Below, in pieces: positions 29,446-40,446 of a stretch of DNA of 64,000 nt. The notes beneath the pieces were generated by a model. The model was not told the DNA's origin. It was given only the letters and a program-made list of their open reading frames with translations, and did no database searches. Both the position numbers and the translations under genes were made by a program. Positions within the stretch are counted from its first letter, which is position 1. Each line of letters starts with the position of its first letter. The stretch is from an uncultured Gemmatimonadales bacterium (lineage in GTDB: Bacteria > Gemmatimonadota > Gemmatimonadetes > Gemmatimonadales > GWC2-71-9). The stretch spans positions 96,001 to 160,000 of the forward strand of contig CAWJIM010000021.1 of the NCBI GenBank assembly GCA_963842945.1, given 5' to 3'.

Positions 29446-30408
29446 TTACTCGCCAGCGCATGCTCCGGCACCGCCCATTACTCCTCGGCAATCCCGTCTT
29501 CGCTCCTGCGCCGCAAGCCTGGTCTGACACGATGGCTCCCCATAGCGGAGCTCGAGCGGCCGCTTGACCCGCTCGGCCAGCGCTCGGAGGTCGGCTCGAT
29601 CGCGCGGGATGGTCTCGTGGCCGCGGCCTCCCGGTTCAACCACCCCAGTGGCGGTCTTGGTAATACCGGCGAACACATTCACCGTTCCGCGCATCACCTG
29701 CCACTGGTCACTGGAGACCGCAATGCGAGTTTGCCGGAGGTCCGGTCTGCCGAGCACTGCAAACACCGCCGACAGGAACCCCAGGGGCCGGACGGAGATC
29801 CCGCGGACCTGGTCGAGAACCAGGAGATCCCCATACTGCAGCACCTTGAGCCGAACCACGCGCTGGTTGTATACCTCCACGGGCGGGCGTGAGAGCGTAT
29901 CCCGGTAGCTGAACTCCGATGGTGCCTCACCGGTGTCGGGCCAAAACAGAGTCACATCAAGAGCGGTAAGCGGGACCGGGCCCGCTTTGACCCGCTCCAC
30001 TACGTGAGACCCATAGTCGACCAGCGCATTCCGGCGATGCTCAAAGCTGGCCCGCGCAGCCTTGGACATCTCCGCGTAGGACACGCCCGCCGTCTGAAGG
30101 TGCGCGGCGAACCAGTCGTCATAGTTGATCTGGAGGTGCGTACTGCCGGGAGCCTGCTGCTTGCGGCGTTGGACGATCGCCAGGAGTGCCTCGCCGGCAA
30201 AGCGGATCGAGGTAGTGATGCTGGTGAGGCTATACGCGCCGTGCCTACCCATGGCCTGAAGGATCTCTTTCCGAGAAACCTGGTATGGCTTCGGGCAGCC
30301 CTCCGTTTCCTGGACGCCCACTCTGGGCGTCTCCGCTGATAGGGAGTCAACGATGACCGTGGAAACGAAGATGAGGAGAGGAAGCACCCTGATCCGTGTC
30401 ATTATCAC
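29446..30408 (-). CDS. Exported hypothetical protein
   Basis: 320 aa ORF with signal peptide. Confidence 0.65.
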   Translation of the reverse strand: MIMTRIRVLPLLIFVSTVIVDSLSAETPRVGVQETEGCPKPYQVSRKEILQAMGRHGAYSLTSITTSIRFAGEALLAIVQRRKQQAPGSTHLQINYDDWFAAHLQTAGVSYAEMSKAARASFEHRRNALVDYGSHVVERVKAGPVPLTALDVTLFWPDTGEAPSEFSYRDTLSRPPVEVYNQRVVRLKVLQYGDLLVLDQVRGISVRPLGFLSAVFAVLGRPDLRQTRIAVSSDQWQVMRGTVNVFAGITKTATGVVEPGGRGHETIPRDRADLRALAERVKRPLELRYGEPSCQTRLAAQERRRDCRGVMGGAGACAGE

Positions 30409-30472
30409 ATCGAGACAATTGAGTGTGACGCGCGTGGCTGGTGCAGATCCCAGGCCAGGCTAGAGTATAAGC

Positions 30473-31918
30473 GTGCAACGCCGCGTCGGAGCCGTTCTCG
30501 CCCCCGCAGTCTTTCTGCTGTTCCTCATCCTTCCGCTGGAAGGACTCTCGCCTCCGGCCCACCGCCTTGCCGCGGTGCTGGCCGCGGTCGTGGTCCTCTG
30601 GGTAACCGAGGCGCTGCCCCTCCCGGTCACGGCATTACTGGGCGCTTCTGCCTGCGTCGTGCTTCAGGTCGCCCCCGCCAAGGAGGTTTTCGCCCCGTTC
30701 GCCGACCCGCTGATGTTCCTCTTCATCGGCGCCTTCATCCTGGCCCGCGCCATCTTCATCCATGGGCTCGACCGCCGGGTGGCGTACGCCGTCCTGTCCC
30801 TTCCCTGGGTTGCGGCGCGGCCCAGCCGGATCCTGCTCGCCTTCGGCGCCGTCACCGCGCTCATCTCCTGGTGGATCTCCAACACTGCAACCACGGCCAT
30901 GATGTTCGGGATCGGACTGTCCATCCTCGCCGCGATGCGCGGGTCTCAATCCGGCTCCATCGACCCCCGCTACCCGACGGCGCTCATGCTGATGACCTCG
31001 TTCGCCGCGTCGATCGGAGGTCTGGCCACCCCGGTCGGCACGCCACCCAATGTGATCGGGATCGGCTTCATCCGCTCCCAGCTGGGCGTGGACATCAGCT
31101 TCCTCCAATGGATGCTGATCGGGGTTCCCGCCGTGCTGCTGCTGTTCGGGATCCTCTATGTCTTCCTCAATGCCGCGGCGCCGGCCGGCGTGGGCGAGCT
31201 GCCCACCGGGGCCGCGACGATCCGCCGGGAGCGGGAGCTGCTGGGGCCCTGGACCCGGGGACAGCGCTCCGTCGCCATCGCATTTGGGGTGACGGTGGCT
31301 CTGTGGGTGATCCCGGGAGTGGTGGCCGTAGCCGCGGGAGAAGGGAGCCCGGCCTATCGAGCTCTGACGCAGAGTCTGCCGGAGGGAGTCGCCGCGCTGC
31401 TCGGTGCCATGCTGCTGTTCGTTCTGCCCGGCGATGAGGGACGGGCGATCTCCTGGAAGGAGGCGGTGCAGATCGATTGGGGCGTGGTGCTGCTCTATGG
31501 CGGCGGCTTCGCCCTGGGCGTGCTCTCTTTTCAGACCGGGCTGGCCGAGTCACTCGGCCGGGGACTGACCGGCCTGCTGCCGATCGAAGGGAGCTTTGGC
31601 CTGCTGACAGCATCGGTCATCGCCGCGGTGGTCCTCTCGGAGACGACATCGAACACCGCCTCGGCCAACATGATAGTCCCGGTTGTCATCGCGATCGCCC
31701 GGGCAGCGGGGCTGGATCCGTTCGAGCCGGCGCTGGGCGCCACCATGGCCGCGAGCCTGGGGTTCATGCTGCCGGTATCCACGCCCTGCAACGCCATCGT
31801 CTATGGCTCGGGATTAATTCCGCTGGGGCGGATGATTCGATACGGATTGGTGTTGGATGTGGCTGGAATAGTGGTGATTGTGAGCCTGGTGAGATTCTTG
31901 GGGCCACTCTTGCGGTAG
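30473..31918 (+). CDS. SLC13/DASS sodium:sulfate/dicarboxylate symporter
   Basis: ISNTAT, GTPPN, TSNTA, MLPVSTPCNAIVY. Confidence 0.93.
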   Translation: MQRRVGAVLAPAVFLLFLILPLEGLSPPAHRLAAVLAAVVVLWVTEALPLPVTALLGASACVVLQVAPAKEVFAPFADPLMFLFIGAFILARAIFIHGLDRRVAYAVLSLPWVAARPSRILLAFGAVTALISWWISNTATTAMMFGIGLSILAAMRGSQSGSIDPRYPTALMLMTSFAASIGGLATPVGTPPNVIGIGFIRSQLGVDISFLQWMLIGVPAVLLLFGILYVFLNAAAPAGVGELPTGAATIRRERELLGPWTRGQRSVAIAFGVTVALWVIPGVVAVAAGEGSPAYRALTQSLPEGVAALLGAMLLFVLPGDEGRAISWKEAVQIDWGVVLLYGGGFALGVLSFQTGLAESLGRGLTGLLPIEGSFGLLTASVIAAVVLSETTSNTASANMIVPVVIAIARAAGLDPFEPALGATMAASLGFMLPVSTPCNAIVYGSGLIPLGRMIRYGLVLDVAGIVVIVSLVRFLGPLLR

Positions 31919-31985
31919 CGTCGGTCCCGACTCCCACGCCGACCCCTCCTGTAAGAATTGACAGTCAGCTCATCACTCCTGGTCG

Positions 31986-32684
31986 CTAAACCGGGTTCGT
32001 TCCCCAGCGGACCAGGGCAGCACCCAGAACGATCATGAAGAGGGGAAGCAGAAGGTTGTTCAGGGCGGCGACCGGCGCCACCGCCGCGGTGACGTTCCGG
32101 AACATGCCGACCAGGCCACAGCACGCGGTAACGATGCCGAGCCAGCCGATCCAGCGGGGCCAGGGTGACCGCAGCCAGACGATCGAGGTGAGCAGGAAGA
32201 AGAGACTGAAGGAGACCTCCCCCAGAAATTCACCGATGTAGTTCCCCAGATACACATTCAGGCCGTCGAACACCGAGGCGAGAACGGCTCGCTCCGGCGG
32301 TCCGGCCTGCTCGAACGCCATCGCCAGATGCCAGTGGACCGTGGGCCAACGCATCAGCCCCAGCATCATGGCGAGGGCCGCAACCACCGCGAACTGGAGC
32401 GCGAGCAGCATCGCGCCGCGCCGGTGTGGGGCGAGCGCCTCGTAGGCGGCCACCCCGGCCGGGAGCCAGATCAGCGGGAGGAAGGCGTAGATCGCCCAGA
32501 CCACGCGGCCCTGCGGCCCGGTGGCCAGAAGGTTGGGCAGCACCGCTGCCGCGGGGCCATCGAGCACGTCGGGGTAGTTGAACCGGGCAGCGAGGTAAGT
32601 AAAGACCGCAAGGAACACGACGGCGCCGCCGGCCAGACAGAAGCCTCCGAATCGGATCACGGCGCGAGTCGTCACCGGCTTCAT
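31986..32684 (-). CDS. DUF4386-like membrane protein
   Basis: LAARFNYPDVL, LGLMRW, YLGNYIGEFLG. Confidence 0.75.
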   Translation of the reverse strand: MKPVTTRAVIRFGGFCLAGGAVVFLAVFTYLAARFNYPDVLDGPAAAVLPNLLATGPQGRVVWAIYAFLPLIWLPAGVAAYEALAPHRRGAMLLALQFAVVAALAMMLGLMRWPTVHWHLAMAFEQAGPPERAVLASVFDGLNVYLGNYIGEFLGEVSFSLFFLLTSIVWLRSPWPRWIGWLGIVTACCGLVGMFRNVTAAVAPVAALNNLLLPLFMIVLGAALVRWGTNPV

Positions 32685-33178
32685 GCAAACTGTCGGGAGG
32701 CCGCCCGGAGCATCTGGAGCAGGTGCAGCTCGCGCTGCAGCGCGTGCCACCGATTTCTTTCCGCCTCCATTACCCGGTCATACCCGTCACCACCCTCGGC
32801 AATCTGTTGCTGCCGTAGCCAGGCAAACTTCTGATTCATCCGCCCCAGCTCAGCCGCAAGCCGCTCGATTTCCCGCTCCAGCCGGCGAAGCTCGCCCGGC
32901 GAAAGCACCCAGAACGTATCGGAGTACTGTTCGGCCCTGAGCGCCGGGTTCCGATCCGCGCACCGGAGACAGGGGCCGGCGGGCGTGAGATCGAGGGCAT
33001 CTGCCATCTCCTGGCAGACTGGGCAGGTCACCACCCCCGAGGATTCAGCCAGGTTGGTCCGGGTGACTGAGAAAGACGCGTCCCCGAGCGGGAGCGCAGC
33101 CTCGAGGGACGGCACGGTGCCGAGGGAGAGCCCGGCAGCGGCGGCGGCAAGTCGGCCCACCGCGGAGCGGCGTTGCAT
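32681..33178 (-). CDS. Hypothetical protein with Tat-like signal, two CxxC motifs and a coiled coil
   Basis: MQRRSAVGRLAAAAAGL; CPVC..CLRC; AAGGAAA upstream. Confidence 0.55.
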   Translation of the reverse strand: MQRRSAVGRLAAAAAGLSLGTVPSLEAALPLGDASFSVTRTNLAESSGVVTCPVCQEMADALDLTPAGPCLRCADRNPALRAEQYSDTFWVLSPGELRRLEREIERLAAELGRMNQKFAWLRQQQIAEGGDGYDRVMEAERNRWHALQRELHLLQMLRAASRQFA

Positions 33179-33211
33179 AGCGGTTTCCTTTCCGGACGCC
33201 TTTTCTAGATT

Positions 33212-34649
33212 GTGGAGGTGGCCAGCAAGATAACCGCCGTTCCGCAGTACGTCCGCGGCCTGATCGACGCGCGACCCTTCGGCATTGCCTCCGTAACCGA
33301 GTTCGGCGCGCTGAACGACGGGAGAGCGGATTGTACCGCCGCCTTCAATGCAGCACTCGCCAGCCCGGCCCGCCTGGTGGTGGTCCCGCCCGGGTTCTAC
33401 CGGATCACTTCTCCCCTCAAGATTCCCTGCAACACCGGCAAGTGGATGCTGGGGCTGGGTGGCGCCAAATCGGTGGCGCTCACCGTCGCAATGGCGCGCC
33501 GGTAACGCCGGACGGGCCGCGATCGAATACACCCACGACGCGAGCAAGCAGCCCAATCATGCCGGCTGCGTCCTGCAGAACCTCCACGTCATCGGCAACA
33601 ACTCGGTTTGCCATGGCGTTCATCTGCAAGAGGTGTCCTATCCCGTCCTGCAGAATGTGATCATCGAGGGCTTCGACGGCGCCGGACTCCTGCTCGACAA
33701 GTGCCAGGATGGATCCTTCAACAATCTTGCGCTGGTGGATTGCGGCCGGACCGCGGGAGACCCCACCAGGAACGCCGATACCGAGTACGCGCCGCTCCAT
33801 CTGATCAGCACGATTGCCAACGATCACTGCAACATGCTCCGCTTCAGCGACTGCCAGCTGGAGAACAATCGGGTATCGCCCTACATCTGGATCAACGACG
33901 CGGGGCCCATCGGCATCTGGTTCGACCGGATCCACGCGGAGAACGCCAACCCTCATGCCGGGCAGGACTTGCTTCGCTCCGCCGGGGGCGACTGCCATTT
34001 TGCCGGGATTGCGGCGGTTGGCTTTCGCGAGGGGTTCATCCTCGAGGGCTACGGCAATGTCACCTTTTCGGACTGCCGGGCACTGATCAGCGTGATCGGG
34101 CCCAGCAACGTCGTGGGCAGCATCCGGATGGCGAACGTGCGCTGCGGGCGGCTCTCCTGGACCAGTCTGGCCGGCCCGTCCTCCTTCATCAATTCCACTA
34201 TCGGCGACGTGAGCATCAGCTGGCCGGCTCTGGGGCCCACGATCTTTACCGCCTGCTCGCTCGGACGGGTCCGGATCGAGCACGCCGGCGCCGGCCATCC
34301 CGGGGTTCGGTTCTTCAACTGCACCATGGCCGGCTACGCCACCGACGGCGGGGCCAGCGACCAGTGGCTCATCGACTGCATCGTGAATGGGGACGTTGCC
34401 GCTCAGGCCAGGCTCTCCCGTCTCGAGAACAACACCATCAGCGGGTCGGTCGACGTCAACAAGGTGGAATCGTCCTATATCCCCAATCTGAAGACCATCC
34501 ACGACACCGCTCCTCCCACAGCCGGCTCCTGGCAGGTGGGCGACAAAGTCTGGCACTCGGCTCCGTCACCCGAGGGGAACGTCGGCTGGGTCTGCGTGGC
34601 TGCCGGCACGCCCGGGACATGGAAAGAGTTCGGCCACATTTCGGGGTGA
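33212..34649 (+). CDS. Pectate-lyase-3/tailspike-like beta-helix protein (frameshift near 33460-33490)
   Basis: SVTEFGALNDGRADCTAAFNAAL..VVPPGFYRITSPL; C-terminal APPTAGSWQVGD..GWVCVAAGTPGTWKEFG. Confidence 0.78.
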
Positions 34650-34695
34650 CCGCCCGCTTACCTTTCAGGGAACCGAAGAACTCAGGGAGAAGCAG

Positions 34696-35232
34696 ATGAG
34701 CCAGGAGAACAGAGCCACCCATTCGGCCGTTGCCGGTGCTCAGCAGACCGAGGTAGCCGTGCTGGCCGGCGGCTGCTTCTGGGGTGTCGAGGAGATTCTG
34801 CGCAAGGTGCCGGGAGTGATCGACACCGACGTCGGGTACACCGGCGGCTGGGTGGAAAACCCGACGTACGAGGACACCCACGACAGCAAGTCGGGTCACG
34901 CCGAGGCAATTCGGGTGACCTTCGATCCGTCGGTGCTGAGCTATGAAGACCTGCTGGAGAACTGGTTCTTCCGGCTGCACGACCCGACCACGCTGAACCG
35001 CCAGGGCAACGACACCGGAACTCAGTACCGTTCGGCGATCTTTCCTCAGACGCCGGAGCAGAAGGAGACCGCGGAGCGGGTGAAGGCTCGAGTCGACGCG
35101 TCGGGTAAATGGAAGCGGCCGATCACGACCACCATCGAGCCCGCCTCCACCTGGTACAGCGCCGAGAGCTATCACCAGGACTACCTGCGGAAGCATCCGG
35201 GCGGATACAGCTGCCACTACCTGCGGGACTAA
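34696..35232 (+). CDS. msrA: Peptide-methionine (S)-S-oxide reductase
   Basis: GGCFWG, HDPTTLNRQGNDTGTQYRS, AESYHQDY. Confidence 0.97.
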   Translation: MSQENRATHSAVAGAQQTEVAVLAGGCFWGVEEILRKVPGVIDTDVGYTGGWVENPTYEDTHDSKSGHAEAIRVTFDPSVLSYEDLLENWFFRLHDPTTLNRQGNDTGTQYRSAIFPQTPEQKETAERVKARVDASGKWKRPITTTIEPASTWYSAESYHQDYLRKHPGGYSCHYLRD

Positions 35233-35305
35233 GGCGTCCATGCGTCACGATTAGGTAACTGCCTTCCTGACGCCGCATGCCGGATCTTGCGGCGGCCGCC
35301 TTTTT

Positions 35306-35330
35306 CCTATTAATTGGCCATTCAATAAGG
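35306..35330. promoter_or_regulatory. Putative TetR operator
   Basis: AT-rich imperfect palindrome CCTATTAATTGGCCATTCAATAAGG upstream of the tetR-RND operon. Confidence 0.45.
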
Positions 35331-35382
35331 TTTAGCCGGGCCGTCTGGCGGCGGCCCGCTTTCTTTTCCGTCGAGGTTTGAT

Positions 35383-36060
35383 GTGGCAAGCAGTTCGGTA
35401 CCACTGCAGCGGGGCCCCAGGTGGCAGCGCCGGCCCGACCTTCGTCGGGGAGAGATTCTGGACAGCGCGGTGCTCGCCTTCGGCCAGAACGGTTACAAGC
35501 GGACCACCCTGGCCGATGTGGCCGAACGGGCCGGGGTCTCTCCCGGAACCGTCTCCCACTATTTCGGATCCAAGGCCGCCCTCTTCGAGGAAGTGGTCGC
35601 GGAGCGGCTGATGCCGTCAATCGAGATCGAAGAAGCCAGTCTTGCCCACCACCAGCGGTCCGCGGTGGAACCTTCTGGAGCAGCTGCTGCGCCGCTTCTG
35701 GGAGCTCGCCTGGCAACCGGGAACTCTGAACCTGCTGCAGGTGGTTAAGGTCGAGAGCTCCGAGTTTCCGGAGTCGGGACGTCTGCTCTGCCGGCAACTG
35801 GGCGATCGCTGGCGCAAACTCTACTCGACCATTCTGCTGGCCGGAATGAAGACCGGTGAATTTCGCCCTATGGACGTGAAGGTGACGGCGCGCGTCATCA
35901 GCTATGCCGTGCTGGGAGTGGCGGACAAGGTCTCCAGCTTCGGTCCCTACGACGCCACGATGCCGGAGCGAGAGGTGATGTGGCTAGGCGGTGCGTGAAA
36001 TGGTGAGCCGGTTCGTGCTGGCTCGGCCGGCAAAAGCAGGAAAAAGGAGATTCCAAGTGA
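35383..36060 (+). CDS. TetR/AcrR regulator (frameshifted; end approximate)
   Basis: EILDSA..TTLADVAERAGVSPGTVSHYFGSK; continues in the ORF 35642 frame. Confidence 0.85.
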
Positions 36061-37235
36061 GTCCACTGAACGGTGCGCGCCCGGGCGCGCTCGCGATCCT
36101 GGCCGGCGCTGCCGTGCTGGGCTCCGGCTGCAAGAAGAACGCGGCTCCCCCGGCGCCGCCTCCGCCGGAAGTTGCCGTGGTATCGGTGCAGCCCCAGCGG
36201 CTTCCCACCGCTTTCGAGTTCACCGGGGAGGTGGAGCCCTACCGGCGGGTGGAGGTGCGCTCGCGGATCGACGGCATCATCGAGGCGCGGCCCTTCACCG
36301 AGGGCAGCGTGGTGAAGCCGGGCCAGGTGCTCTATCGGATCGAGCAGATCCGGCCGGAGGCGGCCTACCAGTCGGCGCTGGCCCGGGCGCAGAACGCCAA
36401 GCGCACCCTGGACCGGCTGCAGCCGCTGGTGAAGGAGAACGCGGTGGCGCAACAGGACGTGGACAATGCCGAGGCTGAGCTGAGAGCGGCTCAGAGCGAT
36501 CTGGCCGAGACCAAAAAGAACCTGGACGATGCCGTGGTGCGCGCCGGGATCGAGGGCCGGGTGGGCCGGACCAATTTCGAGGTCGGCGCCAGGGTCACCG
36601 GCACGGATGACCTGCTCACCACTATCGATGTGGTGGATCCGGTGTACGTGAGCTTCCGTCCCACGGCGCAGCAGCTCATCACCTGGAAGCAGGATCCCGA
36701 AGCCAGCAAGCTGATCCGGCCGGGGAGCTCGCTCTCGGTTCAGGTCACCCTGCCCGAAGGCACCACCCTGGCCGCGGACCGGGTAAGCTCGACTTTGTCG
36801 CCCCCTCGCTGGATCCCGGCACCGGGACTCAGGAGTTCCGGGCGCTCGTTCAAAAACTCTGACCACCTGCTGGTGCCCGGCCAGTTCGTCCGGGTCCGGC
36901 TCACCGGCTTCACCCAGGACAGCGCGCTGGCCATTCCTCAGCGCGCGGTGCAGCAGGCGCTGGGACGCCAGTTCGTTCTGGTCGTCGCCAAGGGCGACAC
37001 CGTCGTGTCCCGCGACGTGCAGCCCGGACCCTGGAGCGGCAATCTCTGGATCATCGATAAAGGCCTGAGTCCCGGCGACCGGGTGGTGGTGGACGGAGTG
37101 CAGAAGGCGGCGCCCGGCCGGCAGGTCAGGGCCGTCGCATTGGCCGACAGCGCGCTGGCCGGGCCGGAGGAAACCGCCGCGGTTGGCGGACCTGCCGGCA
37201 GCAACGTGAGACCCACGACGGGAACTACAAAATGA
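36057..37235 (+). CDS. RND efflux periplasmic adaptor (AcrA/MexA-like)
   Basis: Lipobox GSGC, VEVRSRIDG, LVPGQFVRV, GLSPGDRVVVDG; apparent compensating indels ~36775-36845. Confidence 0.93.
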   Translation: MSPLNGARPGALAILAGAAVLGSGCKKNAAPPAPPPPEVAVVSVQPQRLPTAFEFTGEVEPYRRVEVRSRIDGIIEARPFTEGSVVKPGQVLYRIEQIRPEAAYQSALARAQNAKRTLDRLQPLVKENAVAQQDVDNAEAELRAAQSDLAETKKNLDDAVVRAGIEGRVGRTNFEVGARVTGTDDLLTTIDVVDPVYVSFRPTAQQLITWKQDPEASKLIRPGSSLSVQVTLPEGTTLAADRVSSTLSPPRWIPAPGLRSSGRSFKNSDHLLVPGQFVRVRLTGFTQDSALAIPQRAVQQALGRQFVLVVAKGDTVVSRDVQPGPWSGNLWIIDKGLSPGDRVVVDGVQKAAPGRQVRAVALADSALAGPEETAAVGGPAGSNVRPTTGTTK

Positions 37236-40200
37236 CGCAGCCACGCGCAGTGCCCCCCGCCGGGGCGGACGACGACGAGGTCCACTACTTCTTCATCAAG
37301 CGGCCGGTTCTCGCCATCGTCATCAGCCTGATCATCACGCTCCTGGGCGTGTTCGCCATCCGGCTGCTGCCGATCTCGCGCTATCCCCAGATCACGCCGC
37401 CGGCAGTCCAGGTTCAGGCGGTATTCCCCGGTGCCACGGCTGAGGATGTGGCGGAGGCGGTGGCCGCGCCGATCGAGGCGCAGCTGTCCGGGCTTGCAGG
37501 GTCTCCTCTACTACTCGTCGGCCAACGCCAGCGACGGCACGATGAGCCTGCAGATCTACTTCGACGTCAACCGAAGCCAGGACCTGGCCGCGGTCGACGT
37601 GCAGAATGCGGTCAAGCTGGCCGAGCCCCAGCTGCCCGACGCGGTTCGCCAGAACGGGATCACCATCCTCAAGGCCAACACCGACATTCTGGGCGTGGTC
37701 TCGCTCACCTCGGACGATCCCCGCTACGACGCAGCGTTCCTCACCAATTACATGAAGCTGTACGTCGAAGACGAGATCAAGCGCACCCCCGGGATCGGCA
37801 ACGCGCTGGTCTTCGGTGGCCTCGAGTTCTCCATGCTGATCCAGCTGGATCCGGATCGGATGGCGCAGCTCGGGATTACCACTGGCGACGTCGCCGCGGC
37901 GGTGCGGGAGCAGAACGCGACCAGTCCCGCGGGCCGCCTGGGACGCGAGCCTGCTCCCGAAGGGACCGAGCTGACGTTGCCGGTGACCACGCTGGGCCGG
38001 CTCAAGACTCCGGAACAATTCGCCGACATCGTGGTCCGGGCCAAGGAGGATGGTTCCATTGTTCGGATCCGTGACATCGGCAAGGTCGTCCTTGGCTCTC
38101 GCAACTACGATCTGGCGGGCCGGCTTGAACGGCACCCCGGTGGCACCGATGCTGTTGTACCTTCGCGCGGGAGCCAACGCGCTCGCGGCCAAGGAAGCGG
38201 TGGTCAAGCGGATGGGCGAGCTGTCCCACAGCTTCCCCAGAGGCGTGCACTACAAGGTGCCCTTCGACACCACACCCTTCGTCACCGCCTCCATTCACGA
38301 GGTGGTGGAGACGCTCCTGATCGCCATGGCCCTGGTGACCCTGGTGGTCTTCCTCTTCCTCCAGAGCTGGCGGGCTACGCTGATCCCGATGCTCGCGGTC
38401 CCGGTGAGCGTGGTCGGAACGTTCGTGGGCCTGCTGATGCTCGGCTTCACCATCAACGTGCTGACCCTGTTCGCGCTGGTGCTGGCCATCGGCATCGTGG
38501 TCGATGACGCGATCGTCGTCATCGAGAACACCGAGCGACTCATGGCCGGCGGTGACTGCCTGCCGCCCCGTCTGGCCGCCGATCGGGCGATCCGGCAGGT
38601 GGCCGGCGCGCTGGTGGCAATCGTGCTGGCGCTCTGTGCCGTTTTCGTTCCGGTGGCGTTTCTGGGCGGGGTGACGGGCGAGATGTTCAAGCAGTTCGCG
38701 GTCACACTGGTGATCGCGGTGCTGCTCTCCGGTCTGGTGGCGCTGACGCTCACGCCGGCCCTCTGTGCCTTGCTCCTCAAGGGCTGCAACGAGGATAACA
38801 CCAGCGGATTCTTCGGCTGGTTCAACCGGAAGTTCCACAGCCTCACCGACCGCTACGTCAACGGGGTGGGCCGCGTGCTGGGCCGTCCCCGCGTGTGGCT
38901 GGCGGCGTTCGTGGTGATGGTGGCGCTGGCGATCACCCTCTGGAAGCGGGTGCCCACCGGGTTCATTCCCACCGAGGATAAGGGCTACTTCGCCATCGCC
39001 ATGCAGCTGCCCGATGCCTCGTCGCTGCAGCGCACCAGGGCGGTGATCCAGCGGGTCGAGGGATTCCTCCACGAGGAGCCCGCGGTGGTGAACGTGGTGG
39101 CGTTTGCCGGACTCGACGTGCTCACCCGCACCAACCAGACCAACAGTGCCACGATCTTCATCCTGCTCAAACCCTGGGACGAGCGGGGAAAGGACGAATC
39201 GATCGAGGCCATCACCGGACGAATTAACGGCAAGCTGTTCGGGATGAAGGACGCGGTCGGCTTCGCCTTCAACCTGCCGGAGATCCCGGGACTGGGCTCG
39301 ACCTCGGGCGTGGAAGTCAACCTGCAGAACCGCTCCGGCAAGGACGTCCGCGACTTCGCGCAAAATGTGCAGGCCTTCCAGGCCGCGGTGAATCAGCTGC
39401 CCGCGGTGCAGGCAATGACCACCAACTTCCGGGCCAACGTGCCCCAGCTGTATCTCGACGTAGACCGGGCCACCGCCAAGTCTCGGGGGGTGAGTCTCAC
39501 GGAGCTGTTCAGCACCTTGCAGACGTTCCTCTCCACGTTGTACATCAACGACTTCAACCTCTACGGCCGGACCTACCGGGTGCAGGCGGAGGCGCAGCCC
39601 CAGTTCCGCCGGAACCCGGAGGATATCGGACGGCTCTACGTCCGGGGCCGCAATCAGGAGATGATCCCGGTCTCCGCCCTGGTACGGACCGAGTTCCGGA
39701 GTGGTCCCACCCAGTTGCTCCGGTTCAATGGCTTTGGCTCGGCGCTCTTCACCGGCACCCCCAAACAGGGTCGCAGCTCGGGTGAGGTGATGCATGAGAT
39801 CGATCAGCTGGTGGCCGAGCAGTTTGAGCCGCAGGGCGTCGGCATCGGGTACTCCGGGCAATCGTTCCAGGAGCGCGCCGCCTCCGGGCAGGCAGGCCTG
39901 GTCTTCGCTCTCGGTCTGGTCATCGTGTTCCTGGTGCTCGCCGCGCAGTACGAGAGCTGGTCGATTCCGTTCGCGGTGCTCTTCGGGGTGCCGTTCGGGG
40001 CGCTCGGCGCACTGCTGGGGGTGTGGCTCCGGGGACTGCCCAGCGACATCTACTTCCAGGTGGGACTGATCACCGTGGTGGGGCTGGCGGCAAAGAACGC
40101 CATTCTGATCGTGGAATTTGCCAACGAGATTCGCCAGCGGGGTACCAGCCTCAGGGAGGCCGCGCTCGAGGCGGCCCGGGAGCGTTTTCGCCCCATTCTC

Positions 40201-40446
40201 ATGACCTCGTTCGCCTTCATCCTCGGCGTGTCGCCGCTGGTCATTGCGAGCGGGGCCGGCGCCGGTAGCCGGCATTCGCTGGGCACCGGGGTCTTCTTCG
40301 GGATGCTGTTCGCTACCACGATCGGCATCTTCTTCATCCCGCTTTTCTTCAGCACCATCCGTGGATTGGCCGAGCGGGGCTTCTCCCGCAGGGCGGCCGG
40401 CGCGCGCGAGCCGGTGCCCGCACCTGCCTCGCCGGAGGCAAAATGA
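37232..40446 (+). CDS. HAE1-family RND efflux transporter (AcrB/MexB-like), two frameshifts
   Basis: FFIKRP, GIVVDDAIVVIEN, AAKNAILIVEFA, RFRPILMTS; across ORFs 37232, 37431 and 38050. Confidence 0.95.
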
